DNA of 51,077 nucleotides from a bacterium (GTDB lineage Bacteria > J088 > JAWLBW01). Shown piece by piece: positions 40,653-51,077 of the stretch. Below the pieces are notes generated by a model. It made no database searches. It was not told the DNA's origin and saw only the letters and a list, made by a program, of their open reading frames with translations. Where the stretch lies: assembly GCA_041687475.1 (NCBI GenBank), contig JAWLBW010000002.1:1-51077 (forward strand). Direction: 5' to 3'. Numbering within the stretch: position 1 is the first letter of the stretch; each line of letters begins with the position of its first letter. The translations under genes were made by a program, and so were the position numbers.

Positions 40653-41888
40653 ATGCGCCAACTCACCGGCGGCCTCGCCGCTCTGCTCGTATTCGCCGCC
40701 GCCTGCAGCCCGGTCGAAGTCGAAAACACCGGGCCGCTCGACTATACCGTGCAGCTCGAGAAACCGGCCTTCGGCTACCAGATAGCGACGGCCCCGCACG
40801 TCGTGCATCCGGGCGAAGAGTACTATTCGTGCGACATCGTGCGCATCGATCCGCAGAACGGCGAGAACCTGGCGTGGATCGGCGGTCTCGAGAGTCGCAC
40901 TTCGGTCTCGAGCCATCACATGAACGTCAACCTGGGCATCTTCTCCGTGGCCGACGCCCTGCTCGGCGAGGGTCAGGCCGAGCTCATGCTCGGCAAGGAA
41001 CTCGGGCAGTACGACTGTGCAGAGCTGGGCGACCTCATGGAGAAGCAACAGGCACAGACCCTGTACCCGAGCCAGCGCACCGAACAGGGCGGCACCCTGC
41101 CCGAAGGGGTCGGCCTGCCCCTGCCGCTGCCCCTCGTGCTGGTCATGGAGCACCACTACATCAACACCTTCGATGCGCCGGTCAACATCAACGCCGTGCT
41201 GAACCTGCATCGCATGCAGGACCACGAGGTCAAGCACGTGGTCACCGGTTTCTCGGGCGGAATCAACGATGTGCTGCTTCCGCCCGAGTCACGTAAGATC
41301 GAGACGGGCACCTGCAAGCTGAAACAGGACATCAACGTTTTCGCGATTTCCAGCCACTCGCACGAACGCGGGGCCTGCTTCACGATGAATCTATATGACG
41401 AACTCAGCCGTGAAGTCGATCCCACGCCCTTCTTCGTAAACAAAGACTGGGAGTCGCCCCCCATTCTCTTTTTCGAGCAGAGCGAGTACTTCGCGAACCA
41501 GCCTCTGGCCATGAAGGCGGGCGAAGGCATACACTGGGCCTGCCATTACTACAACGACGAAAATCGCGAAGTAACCACCGGCGCATCGTCCGATGACGAA
41601 ATGTGCATCTTCGTCGCCCTCGGCTACCCGTCGAAGTATACGCCCGATGACGTGCGCGATCTCATGCAGAATCCGAACCTCGAGGCGGCACAGGCGCTGA
41701 TGAACCAGATTCCCTGTGAAAGCGTCGCCGACGCCGAAAGCCCGTGGGAAGAAGCCGATATCGCCTACGCCATAGACGACGACGCCCCGCTGCTTGACGA
41801 CACCGCCCCGGAAGCCGCGCCGTCATTCCGTTCCCTGCATGCGAGTCTCGAGCACGACATGTGCCGGGAGTACGACCAGACCGAGTAG
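40653..41888 (+). CDS. PHM/DBH-like copper type II monooxygenase-fold protein, secreted/lipoprotein (paralog 1)
   Basis: The signal peptide is MRQLTGGLAALLVFAAAC. Ordered motifs are SSHHMNV (HHM), MEHHYIN (HY), SSHSHERG (HxH) and SSDDEMCIF (EMC). These match the order of CuH (H,H...H) and CuM (HxH...M) ligands of peptidylglycine alpha-hydroxylating monooxygenase and dopamine beta-monooxygenase. The internal ATG of track ORF 40503..41888 was chosen. Confidence 0.7.
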   Translation: MRQLTGGLAALLVFAAACSPVEVENTGPLDYTVQLEKPAFGYQIATAPHVVHPGEEYYSCDIVRIDPQNGENLAWIGGLESRTSVSSHHMNVNLGIFSVADALLGEGQAELMLGKELGQYDCAELGDLMEKQQAQTLYPSQRTEQGGTLPEGVGLPLPLPLVLVMEHHYINTFDAPVNINAVLNLHRMQDHEVKHVVTGFSGGINDVLLPPESRKIETGTCKLKQDINVFAISSHSHERGACFTMNLYDELSREVDPTPFFVNKDWESPPILFFEQSEYFANQPLAMKAGEGIHWACHYYNDENREVTTGASSDDEMCIFVALGYPSKYTPDDVRDLMQNPNLEAAQALMNQIPCESVADAESPWEEADIAYAIDDDAPLLDDTAPEAAPSFRSLHASLEHDMCREYDQTE

Positions 41889-42024
41889 GGGGAATCTCAA
41901 GCCGTGCCAGCGCGCAGGGCACGAGAATATTGTCGCTTCCACGTATTTCTGCGTGGAAGCCCCCTTGACATCCGTCCCTTGAAATTCGCCGGTCGGGTCG
42001 GCCAAAAATACCCCGTTTCAGGTA

Positions 42025-42053
42025 TTGCCCCGTCCCACCCCCCGGGGTAGGAT
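42025..42053 (+). promoter_or_regulatory. sigma70-like promoter candidate TTGCCC-17 nt-TAGGAT
   Basis: The hexamers are at 42025-42030 and 42048-42053 with a 17-nt spacer. The element lies about 30 nt upstream of the terminator hairpin, so it would make a short (roughly 65-nt) transcript. Confidence 0.25.
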
Positions 42054-42080
42054 GCCACTCACAAAGGGTTGGGCTGGGCT

Positions 42081-42125
42081 GGTGCCGGACGTGGCTCACG
42101 GGGTTGAGTCCGGCACCGCTTTTTT
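42081..42125 (+). terminator. strong intrinsic terminator in the 540-bp intergenic gap
   Basis: ggtgccggac (42081-42090) pairs perfectly with gtccggcacc (42108-42117), giving a 10-bp stem, followed by gc+tttttt (42120-42125). Confidence 0.7.
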
Positions 42126-42431
42126 CAAGTGAACCTGCCGCCCCCGCCTTCTGCACCTGGCCTGCACGTCTACGAGGGCGAGCCGTTCCGCGCGCGCGTC
42201 ACCCTCCCCCAAGCAGGGTCAATGGCTCTCGGTCCTGTACGGGTATTCGTCAGGGGCGCCCCTTCCCCCAGTCAGGAGCTTTCCGGACGCTGAAAGTGCA
42301 GAGCGCCGGCGCTGTCACTGTCGCCTGAAAGCCGAGTATGCTTCCCCCAGCCAAGTCACGCCCATTCGGAGGCAGGCGATTACGCAGTGGTTTGCCGCAG
42401 TCGCCGCGAGGTCGCTTCCCGCGGCTTCCCC

Positions 42432-43697
42432 CTAAAGAGATACGAGAAAGTATACGAGGCACATTTCATCGGCAGTGCCTTCGCCCCAGGTCGTCGCCCG
42501 GGTCCGGTCCGAGGTGTCGAAGCCGCAGGTCAGCCGAATACTCGACGACGGGCTGACACGCAAGGGTTCCTCGTAGAAGTAGAACTGCTGCCAGTTGAAG
42601 TCCCAGCGGGGAACGTTGACCAGGCAGGTTTCGTCGCCGAATTCGAGATTGTCGACGCGCAATGTCTTGCCCAGCGTGTGCATGTGGGGAAAAGCGGCCC
42701 AGACCCGCAGGGGAAACGGCAGCCCCAGGGTCGATAGGTCGTAGGTATAGCTCTGTTCGACATACGACTCGCCGGGGGGCAGGTAAATGCCGAGGTGAGC
42801 CACCGGGGCCAGCACCGACTGGTATCGCACCGACGCGTCGACCTGCAGTTCGAGCCGGGAACGATCGGGGGTCACGCCGCTCAAGGTGTTGTAGTGCATC
42901 TGCATGACCAGCTTGCGGCCGGCTTTCAGGGCAATGCCCACGCCCTCGGGAAATCGGGTTACCGGCGTTCCGGGGGCCCAGCCGGCCAGGGTTTGCGAGC
43001 CGTCGACGCCCGCGCCCCCGAAGCAGGTGTAACCGGGGCCGGGTTCTGCCTCGTCAAACGCCAGCGCCTGGGCTTCGGCCTCGTCGGTGTCGAGGGAGTA
43101 GAGAATCATGTGATGGGCCATGGCCGCATTGTCGGGAATCATGCGAAAACCGGTCAGGAACCCGTCGGAGTCGAGTCGGGGGTCGACGATGAAACAGCGG
43201 TAATCGTCGGCCCGGCTGTCATCGGGGGTATAGGCCTCGGCCGGGGCGACGGTCGCGTCGACCCTGTCGAGCGTGGGCGGTTCATCGCTGTCGGCGGGCG
43301 CCGGTGCGTCGGCCGGATTACCCCTGGGCGCCCCGGCATCGGCCCATGCGCCGATGAGCGCGATGTCGTCGTCGCTGAGCCAGCGGGCGTGTTGCCAGGT
43401 GTTGCAGGCACCCGAGTTGTCGACGCCCCATGGGGGCATGCTGCGATCGGCGGTGCGGGCCTTGATGGCGCCGGCGTAGGCCTTTGCCTCGTCATAACCG
43501 GTCAACGTAAAGGGGGCAATGCCGCCTTCGGTGTGACAACCGCTGCACTGTGCGCTGATGATGGGGCCGACGTCGCGGTGCCAGGTCGGCGAAGCCGCGT
43601 TCTTCTTCTTGTCGTCGCCGCACCCCGCCGCCGTCAGCAAGACAGCTAACAGCAGGGGAACGAACACAGGCGCTCCGTCATTCAGCTCACGTAACAT
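42432..43697 (-). CDS. heme-c (CxxCH) domain fused to PHM/DBH-like copper monooxygenase fold, lipoprotein (paralog 2)
   Basis: Signal and lipobox: LLLAVLLTAAGC-GDDKKK. Heme c site: CSGCH with downstream ...DRSMPPW. Then AHHMILY (HHM), MQMHYN (HY), FPHMHTLGK (HxH) and TADEMCLVYF (EMC). RBS aggaggg. Confidence 0.7.
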   Translation of the reverse strand: MLRELNDGAPVFVPLLLAVLLTAAGCGDDKKKNAASPTWHRDVGPIISAQCSGCHTEGGIAPFTLTGYDEAKAYAGAIKARTADRSMPPWGVDNSGACNTWQHARWLSDDDIALIGAWADAGAPRGNPADAPAPADSDEPPTLDRVDATVAPAEAYTPDDSRADDYRCFIVDPRLDSDGFLTGFRMIPDNAAMAHHMILYSLDTDEAEAQALAFDEAEPGPGYTCFGGAGVDGSQTLAGWAPGTPVTRFPEGVGIALKAGRKLVMQMHYNTLSGVTPDRSRLELQVDASVRYQSVLAPVAHLGIYLPPGESYVEQSYTYDLSTLGLPFPLRVWAAFPHMHTLGKTLRVDNLEFGDETCLVNVPRWDFNWQQFYFYEEPLRVSPSSSIRLTCGFDTSDRTRATTWGEGTADEMCLVYFLVSL

Positions 43698-43770
43698 GGC
43701 ACCCTCCTGCCCCGGCCAACGGCTTCAGTATAGCACCCGACAGGTCTGCGGTAAGGGGGCTGTCGACGGC

Positions 43771-44208
43771 TCAGGACAAACCGGCCTGCAATCCGGCAGG
43801 CAAGGCAATACCCGCCACTTTGAGCAAGTCTGCGGCGACGTCAAGCCCCTCCGTCAGCGTCGGCACGATGCGATATTCGTTGGGTAGCGGCTGAATCCAG
43901 AGAATGCCGGTCAGAATCGCACGCACGACCGCCGAGTTGATGATGAAGATCGAGGCCACGTTCAGTCGGCGCAGGTCGTCGGCATTGGTCTTGAGCCATT
44001 CGCCCATGCGCTTGCGGTGGGGGGCCGGTAAACTGCCCGCATGGGTGGCGTCGAACACCATCAGAAACCGCCGCCCCGTCGAGCGACTTGCGGTAAGTAC
44101 CCGGTCGAGGCTGGCGATATAGGCGTCGAATTCCTCGGCCGAGGCTTCGCCTTGAAAGGAAAAGAGGTAGACTGGGGCGAAATCTTCCTTGAACACGATG
44201 GCAGACAC
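43771..44208 (-). CDS. hypothetical cytoplasmic protein, co-directional with and upstream of the heme-PHM-like gene
   Basis: 145-aa ORF with coding-like composition. No motif recognised with confidence. Confidence 0.5.
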   Translation of the reverse strand: MSAIVFKEDFAPVYLFSFQGEASAEEFDAYIASLDRVLTASRSTGRRFLMVFDATHAGSLPAPHRKRMGEWLKTNADDLRRLNVASIFIINSAVVRAILTGILWIQPLPNEYRIVPTLTEGLDVAADLLKVAGIALPAGLQAGLS

Positions 44209-44339
44209 GGGTACACTCCTGACCGGTAAGACACCCGACCATTTCGGGCCGGGCCTTTGATTCTAACCGCCGATGACGGCCGGGGGCAACCGGGCCGCCC
44301 CGGCGTGCGCGTGATATGCTGTTGCCAGAGGAGTTCTCC

Positions 44340-45026
44340 ATGCCCGACAAGCCCTACACCTTCGACGATCTCACCGCCCTCGCCGCCTTCGAAGACGAAC
44401 TGGAAAACGTTCACGCAGCGGTGGCCGAATCACTCACCCGTGAACAGATATGGGAGGCCGGACGTAACCTCGGCTTGCTGAGCTCGGAGTCCGACGAAGT
44501 TACCGAGGAGCAGCTCGACATCCTTCTTTCCTTCACCATGTACGGGCAGCGTTTCGACGGCGTAACCCCGCTCGCCCGATGGCTCGAAGCGCCCTCCATT
44601 CCCCTTGGCGAAGAACTGCAGGCAGCCTTGCGTCAGGCTCGGTTCACCCTGCTCGTACCCGTCGGCTTTGAAGAACCCTACGGCATCGAAGCCCGCGATC
44701 TCATTACCGACGAGCGTGTGTTCGTCTTCGAACCTTTTCTGGGCGAACTGGAAGAGGAAGCCCGCGACTTCGTGCTCGCCACCTGGCTGCTGCCGCACCC
44801 TCGCTTCCTGACGACGAATACGTCGCTGATGCTGATACCCGGCGATCTCGTCGACGAGGTGGTCGAACCCCTGCAGGAAAAGATGCCTGCCGTGCGTCGG
44901 GGGGGGCTGGGGGCCCTTGCCAAGGCCGATGCAGCCGCGCTGGTCGAGGCCGAGGCCGCCGTCATAGGCGCCATTCTACGGAAAGACCTGCTGCTCGGTT
45001 TCGAGTACGAAGAAGAAGAAGACTGA
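44340..45026 (+). CDS. hypothetical acidic protein
   Basis: RBS gaggag lies 6 nt before ATG 44340 (MPDKPYTFDDL...). The C-terminus ends EYEEEED. No family recognised. Confidence 0.5.
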   Translation: MPDKPYTFDDLTALAAFEDELENVHAAVAESLTREQIWEAGRNLGLLSSESDEVTEEQLDILLSFTMYGQRFDGVTPLARWLEAPSIPLGEELQAALRQARFTLLVPVGFEEPYGIEARDLITDERVFVFEPFLGELEEEARDFVLATWLLPHPRFLTTNTSLMLIPGDLVDEVVEPLQEKMPAVRRGGLGALAKADAAALVEAEAAVIGAILRKDLLLGFEYEEEED

Positions 45027-45056
45027 ACCCGAGCCGGCCACACGCCGCCGGACGAT

Positions 45057-45884
45057 TCAGGACTGGCTTCTGATCGTCGGACCGTACTTCGACCAGAACT
45101 CGCTCACGACCACGCCCAGCGAGCCCAGCACCACGCCCATCAGAAGGGCGAGCGCCGCGACCAGTGTCAAAAGCGGACGAACTGGGCCCGGCGAGCTCAC
45201 GGCCGCCGTTTCGACGTGGGTCGGGTTCGCTTGCATACGGGCAAGGTACAAGCGGTTCTCGAAAAGCTGCTCAAGCGCCAACTGGCGGGTCTGCTGTTCG
45301 GTCGAACGTTCGATGCCCCGGGCCGCCGAAACCACCGGATCGCGGTTGGTCGAAGCCCCCGGCGACGAGTTGCGCAGGGCGTCGGCCAGAACTTCAAGTT
45401 CGGCAAGATAAGTCGCGGTTGCTTCCTGCACGACGGAGGCTTCGGCCTGATGCTGCGCGACCAATTCGTCGGCAACCTGTTGGGCAAGCGCAACGGCGTC
45501 GGCTTTGTTGTACGCCTCGGCTTCGATGCGAATGAAGCGGTCGGTTCCGCCTTCGGAAATATCGGCTACCCAGGCAACCTCGCGGCGCTGCAGATTCGGC
45601 TCGTCGACGCGATAATTGATACGCAGGCGGGCAACCACGTCCTTGGGCGGTTCGACGTGCTCGAGTCGGCCGTTTCCGATCACGTACCCCACCTTCACGA
45701 CCGCAAAGCTGCGATAAATTCGCTCGGCCAGGAAAAAGTAAGCCCCGGCAGCCAGCAATACGATGACGAAAAGCACGGAAAAAACGAACCGGCGACGCCA
45801 GAAAATGGCGACCAGCTCGGCCATGTCCATGCCTCTGGATGCGTCGACCACTGCGGTTGTTGGTTGCTGTGCTGTGAGAGGCAT
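45057..45884 (-). CDS. Wzz-type polysaccharide co-polymerase (chain-length determinant)
   Basis: The topology is PCP-1: N-terminal TM (FVFSVLFVIVLLAAGAYFFL) just after AELVAIFWRRR, a long helical periplasmic region, and a C-terminal Pro/Gly-containing TM (PGPVRPLLTLVAALALLMGVVLGSLGVVV). The start is uncertain (45956, 45884 or 45830). Confidence 0.65.
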   Translation of the reverse strand: MPLTAQQPTTAVVDASRGMDMAELVAIFWRRRFVFSVLFVIVLLAAGAYFFLAERIYRSFAVVKVGYVIGNGRLEHVEPPKDVVARLRINYRVDEPNLQRREVAWVADISEGGTDRFIRIEAEAYNKADAVALAQQVADELVAQHQAEASVVQEATATYLAELEVLADALRNSSPGASTNRDPVVSAARGIERSTEQQTRQLALEQLFENRLYLARMQANPTHVETAAVSSPGPVRPLLTLVAALALLMGVVLGSLGVVVSEFWSKYGPTIRSQS

Positions 45885-45997
45885 GCCCTGTTCCCGTTCC
45901 CCGGCCTGTGAAGTGTTACCGATAAATGACCCAACGTTTCTTGGGCAATCAAGCATTATAGCACGGACCGCCGAACACCCAAACTGCCGATACTCGC

Positions 45998-47071
45998 CTA
46001 CGTAGGAGCCCCTGACTCGACCGGTGCGACGGGCACGACCGGCACTCCGTTCTCTTCGAGATACCGGTAAGCCAGTGTAATACGCTCCCGGTCGATGTCA
46101 GACAACAGACCGGGGGGTATTTCAAAGGCCGTAACCCCGATGCCGGGAAAAATGCGGGGAAGCGTTACGAGCGCGGTTGAACAGAAACCCGCGATGGCGG
46201 CGGGCGTCTCGCGTCGCAGTAGAAATTCGATTTCGATGGCGTTTTCGAGAACGAGTGTCTCCATTCCGGTTGCGTAAGAAAGCCGGTCGAGCGCTTCAGG
46301 CGTTTCGGCTCGATGCGCCAGGTAAATGAAGCGCTTTCCCTGATAATACGCCTGCGCGAAGCGAAGCGCATCGAACAGAGCCTGCGGCGTGGTGAAGCCG
46401 CGATCGAGATAGGGTTGGCCCACGAAGTAGACACTCTCGTCGGCACGGCGACCGCTCTCGCGCAAAAGCGCGCGCGTAAAGGTAAAATCGTTCGGCACCA
46501 CGCGCTGCCCGGGGTGCGGCGTCAGCGAGAAGCAGGTAAACAAGGTCGGCACCGGGTCGGCGAAGAAACCTAGCCTGCGCGCGAGGCTGGTACGAAGGTA
46601 TGCCGCCATTACGGCCGGATTGGCGCCCACCGGAGGCTCGGGCCGAAGAAAAAGCGGGTGCCGATGAATGTTTACCGACGCCATGCCGTCGTCAAGCAGG
46701 ATCAGCTCGTCGTACGACATGCCGGCGGCAAGGAAACGCCGGGTAATGCTGTTGTAGTCCGAGAGAAAGACCCGCGCGTACCGTCGCGCGCCCATTTTCC
46801 GGCGGAAAGCGGCCAGGCGCAGGGCCTGCAGCGGCAGACTCGCATTTCGATGAAGGAAGGGAACGGTAACGATCTCGTCCCACGGAGCGGCGAGGGCGAG
46901 CACGCGCTCGATCTGCTCGTAGTTGCGTGTACCCGTCGGCGCGTGCAGCGCGAGCACATGCCGTTCGGCCGGAAACCGCTCGCGTGCTTCAAGAGCGCTG
47001 AGCAACTGCAGGGGCGATCCGGCAAGATAGAGGTTGGTTGTGAAGGCGTCTTCTACGCCGGTTGCGGCCAT
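45998..47071 (-). CDS. hypothetical glycosyltransferase-like protein; candidate nonulosonic-acid (pseudaminic acid) transferase
   Basis: About 357-380 aa. It contains LILLDDGMAS (D-D-G) and LTPHPG (H-P), reminiscent of the two short motifs shared by bacterial sialyltransferase families. It is divergent from the pse operon and adjacent to wzz. The start is uncertain (TTG 47140 or ATG 47071). Confidence 0.4.
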   Translation of the reverse strand: MAATGVEDAFTTNLYLAGSPLQLLSALEARERFPAERHVLALHAPTGTRNYEQIERVLALAAPWDEIVTVPFLHRNASLPLQALRLAAFRRKMGARRYARVFLSDYNSITRRFLAAGMSYDELILLDDGMASVNIHRHPLFLRPEPPVGANPAVMAAYLRTSLARRLGFFADPVPTLFTCFSLTPHPGQRVVPNDFTFTRALLRESGRRADESVYFVGQPYLDRGFTTPQALFDALRFAQAYYQGKRFIYLAHRAETPEALDRLSYATGMETLVLENAIEIEFLLRRETPAAIAGFCSTALVTLPRIFPGIGVTAFEIPPGLLSDIDRERITLAYRYLEENGVPVVPVAPVESGAPT

Positions 47072-47197
47072 ACTCCATCTTACCGGCTTCGCTGTTCTCG
47101 CCTCAAGCACGCCCTCGTAATCTCTCCTTTGTACACGCAAGCGCCGAGGTGCTAAACTGTTGGCTTAACATTTCCGGAGCTCCCTGCGCCGGCGTGA

Positions 47198-49406
<2,209 letters not shown>

Positions 49407-49410
<4 letters not shown>

Positions 49411-50147
49411 AGGTCGTCGCCGTCATTCAGGCACGCATGGGGTCGACCCGGTTGCCCGGCAAGGTGCTGCTGCCGCTTGGCGGAAGCACCGTGCTCTCGC
49501 AGGTCATTCGCCGCGTGGCCGGCTGCGACCGTATCGACCGGGTCGTGGTCGCCACCACCGATTCGCCCACGGACGATCCGGTTGCCGAAGAGGCGTCGCG
49601 CCACGGGGCCGGTGTTTTCCGCGGCAGCGAACAGGACGTGCTCTCTCGATACTACGGCGCCGCTTTGCAGGAAGGGGCCGATGTCGTGATTCGGGTAACC
49701 TCCGATTGTCCCCTTCTCGATACGCGGTTGCTCTGCGACGTGGTCGCCGATTTTCTTCGTCGTCATGCTGCGGAAAAATGCGACTACCTGAGCAACACGC
49801 AGACCCGAACCTATCCGCGCGGACTCGATATCGAAGTTTTCACCTTCGAAGCACTCAGGCAGGCACACGAGCAGGCGCGCCACGCGCACGAACGCGAACA
49901 CGTCACGCCGTATATCTACAATCCGGACAACCGGTTTTCGCTGGCCTCGTACGAGGGCGAAACCGACCTGTCGGCCCATCGGTGGACCCTGGATACGCCC
50001 GAGGATCTGGCCCTTCTCACAGCGGTGGTCGAACAATTCGCACCCCGCGACCCCACGACCGACGAAGTGGTCGCGTTTCTCGCACAGCACCCGGAAATTC
50101 GGGACCTGAATGCGCATGTCGAGCAGAAAAAGCTGACTGAAAAGTAG
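49407..50147 (+). CDS. pseF: cytidylyltransferase of the SpsF/COG1861 type, probable CMP-pseudaminic acid synthetase role
   Basis: GTG 49407 overlaps the pseC stop (GTGA). VAVIQARMGSTRLPGKVLLPLGG is the SpsF-type nucleotidyltransferase P-loop-like motif. It sits between pseC and pseG. It is not the NeuA-like PseF type, so the functional assignment is by context. Confidence 0.6.
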
Positions 50148-50150
50148 GAG

Positions 50151-51077
50151 ATGAAGGTACTCGTTCGCACAGACGCCTCGGTCAGAATCGGAACCGGTCA
50201 TGCCATGCGCTGCCTCACGCTGGCGCGAGAACTGCGCGCCGCGGGCGCCGAAGTAACCTTTGCCTCCCGTACCTTTCCCGGAAATCTACACGCCGCCATC
50301 GAAGCCGAAGGGTTCGCCCTGCTCGCGCTTTCTGCCCACACCTCTCCCATTGCCGAAGCCGAAGCGGCTTTCAACAGCGCGCCATGGTCGAACGAGGCCA
50401 ATGCCGCCGAGGCTGACGAACTGCTTGCCCTCGCAGGCGACGAAAGGTGGAACTGGCTCGTCGTCGATCACTACGGTCTCGACCGCCGCTGGGAGAACAG
50501 GGCCGGACGGCTGGCGACGCACATCTTCGTCATCGACGATCTGGCCAACCGCCCGCACGATTGCCAAGCCCTGCTCGACCAGAACTTCTACCCCGACGCC
50601 GACCTGCGATACCGCGCTCTCGTTCCCGCCGACATCCGACTTTTTCTCGGCCCGGCCCATGCGCTGCTGCGCGCCGACTTCCGCGAACTGGCGGCCGTGA
50701 CCCCCGCACGCACGGCAGGACTACGGCGGCTTCTGGTATTCTTTGGAGGAAGCGATCCCACGAACGAAACCGGCAAGGCGCTCGATGCGCTGGACATGCG
50801 TCGCGAGCCTGCCATGCAGGTCGACGTCGTGGTGGGCGGGTCGAATCCACACCGAAACGATATCGAACAGCGTTGCAGTCACATGGCCGGGGTACACTAT
50901 CATTGCCAGATTTCGAACATGGCCGAGCTCATGGCCCGGGCCGATCTCTGCCTCGGCGCCGCGGGCACGGCGAGTTGGGAACGTTGCGCCGTCGGTCTTC
51001 CGACGCTGCTGCTGACCCTCGCCCCCAATCAGGAAGAGCCGGCGCGGGCGTTGGAAGGCGCGGGCGCAGCCGTCAAT
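50151..51077 (+). CDS. pseG: UDP-2,4-diacetamido-2,4,6-trideoxy-beta-L-altropyranose hydrolase, 3' end outside window
   Basis: My own translation of frame 3 from ATG 50151 gives MKVLVRTDASVRIGTGHAMRCLTLARELRAAGAEVTF...VVDHYGLD...FVIDDLANRPHDC..LLDQN...LLVFFGGSDPTN. This is the PseG signature (RxDAS..IGxGHxMR). It is open to the window end, which is why it is absent from the ORF track. RBS aggag. Confidence 0.85.
   Translation, partial: MKVLVRTDASVRIGTGHAMRCLTLARELRAAGAEVTFASRTFPGNLHAAIEAEGFALLALSAHTSPIAEAEAAFNSAPWSNEANAAEADELLALAGDERWNWLVVDHYGLDRRWENRAGRLATHIFVIDDLANRPHDCQALLDQNFYPDADLRYRALVPADIRLFLGPAHALLRADFRELAAVTPARTAGLRRLLVFFGGSDPTNETGKALDALDMRREPAMQVDVVVGGSNPHRNDIEQRCSHMAGVHYHCQISNMAELMARADLCLGAAGTASWERCAVGLPTLLLTLAPNQEEPARALEGAGAAVN

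Noticed and set aside
39234-41237. 667-aa minus-strand ORF spanning the FecR-domain gene, a terminator and the start of the PHM-like gene
   Set aside because: It runs antisense across two well-supported plus-strand genes and an intergenic terminator. Its composition is typical of shadow ORFs in high-GC DNA.
42040-42120. tRNA-like or tmRNA-like element suggested by GGTTGAGTCC resembling a T-loop
   Set aside because: The flanking bases do not form a 5-bp T-stem, and no acceptor or anticodon arms could be folded. The segment is better explained as the loop and stem of an intrinsic terminator.
42270-42330. SRP (4.5S) RNA-like string gtcaggagctttccggacgctgaaagtgcag
   Set aside because: It lacks the conserved GGAAG...AGCA domain-IV motif and the long closing helix. 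The resemblance is superficial.

Overview
This is a GC-rich (by eye roughly 60-65%) chromosomal segment from a diderm bacterium. The evidence for a diderm is lipoboxes, an outer-membrane beta-barrel protein, Wzz and UppP. The taxon cannot be assigned without a database search. I support about 38 protein-coding genes and found no rRNA, tRNA, transposase, integrase or CRISPR array.

Left third (1-23.4 kb), mostly housekeeping or accessory metabolism:
- a truncated APC permease
- an orphan MntA-type nucleotidyltransferase in a low-GC islet
- an SDR
- two about 80%-identical CaCA Ca2+/Na+ antiporter paralogs flanking yraN
- uppP
- a MocR-type regulator
- an alkaline phosphatase lipoprotein
- an NmrA/FadR-type pair
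- an Acg-type nitroreductase
- two paralogous MerR regulators with a 4-Cys tail
- a betaPGM-OtsB fusion plus a GH65 phosphorylase (together they resemble a split mycobacterial OtsB1)
- a YqjD/YqjE-like membrane stress trio

Centre (23.7-37.7 kb): one uninterrupted 14-kb gene for a roughly 4,664-aa lipoprotein. It is built from Ig-like, FN3 and IPT/TIG stalk modules that carry three different beta-propeller classes (NHL, FG-GAP, Kelch).

Divergent from the giant gene:
- a TPR + beta-barrel outer-membrane protein whose architecture matches Slam / type-XI-secretion translocons
- a FecR-domain protein
- two convergent PHM/DBH-like copper monooxygenase lipoproteins, one with an N-terminal CxxCH heme motif
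- a 540-bp gap between those two genes containing a promoter-like element and a strong terminator

Right end:
- a Wzz-type co-polymerase
- a candidate nonulosonic-acid transferase
- a pseB-pseC-pseF-pseG pseudaminic-acid operon that runs off the window

The most interesting hypothesis is that the giant lipoprotein and the divergent Slam-like OMP (with FecR) form a dedicated surface-display system. All functional calls rest on motifs read by eye in the translations. No searches were run.
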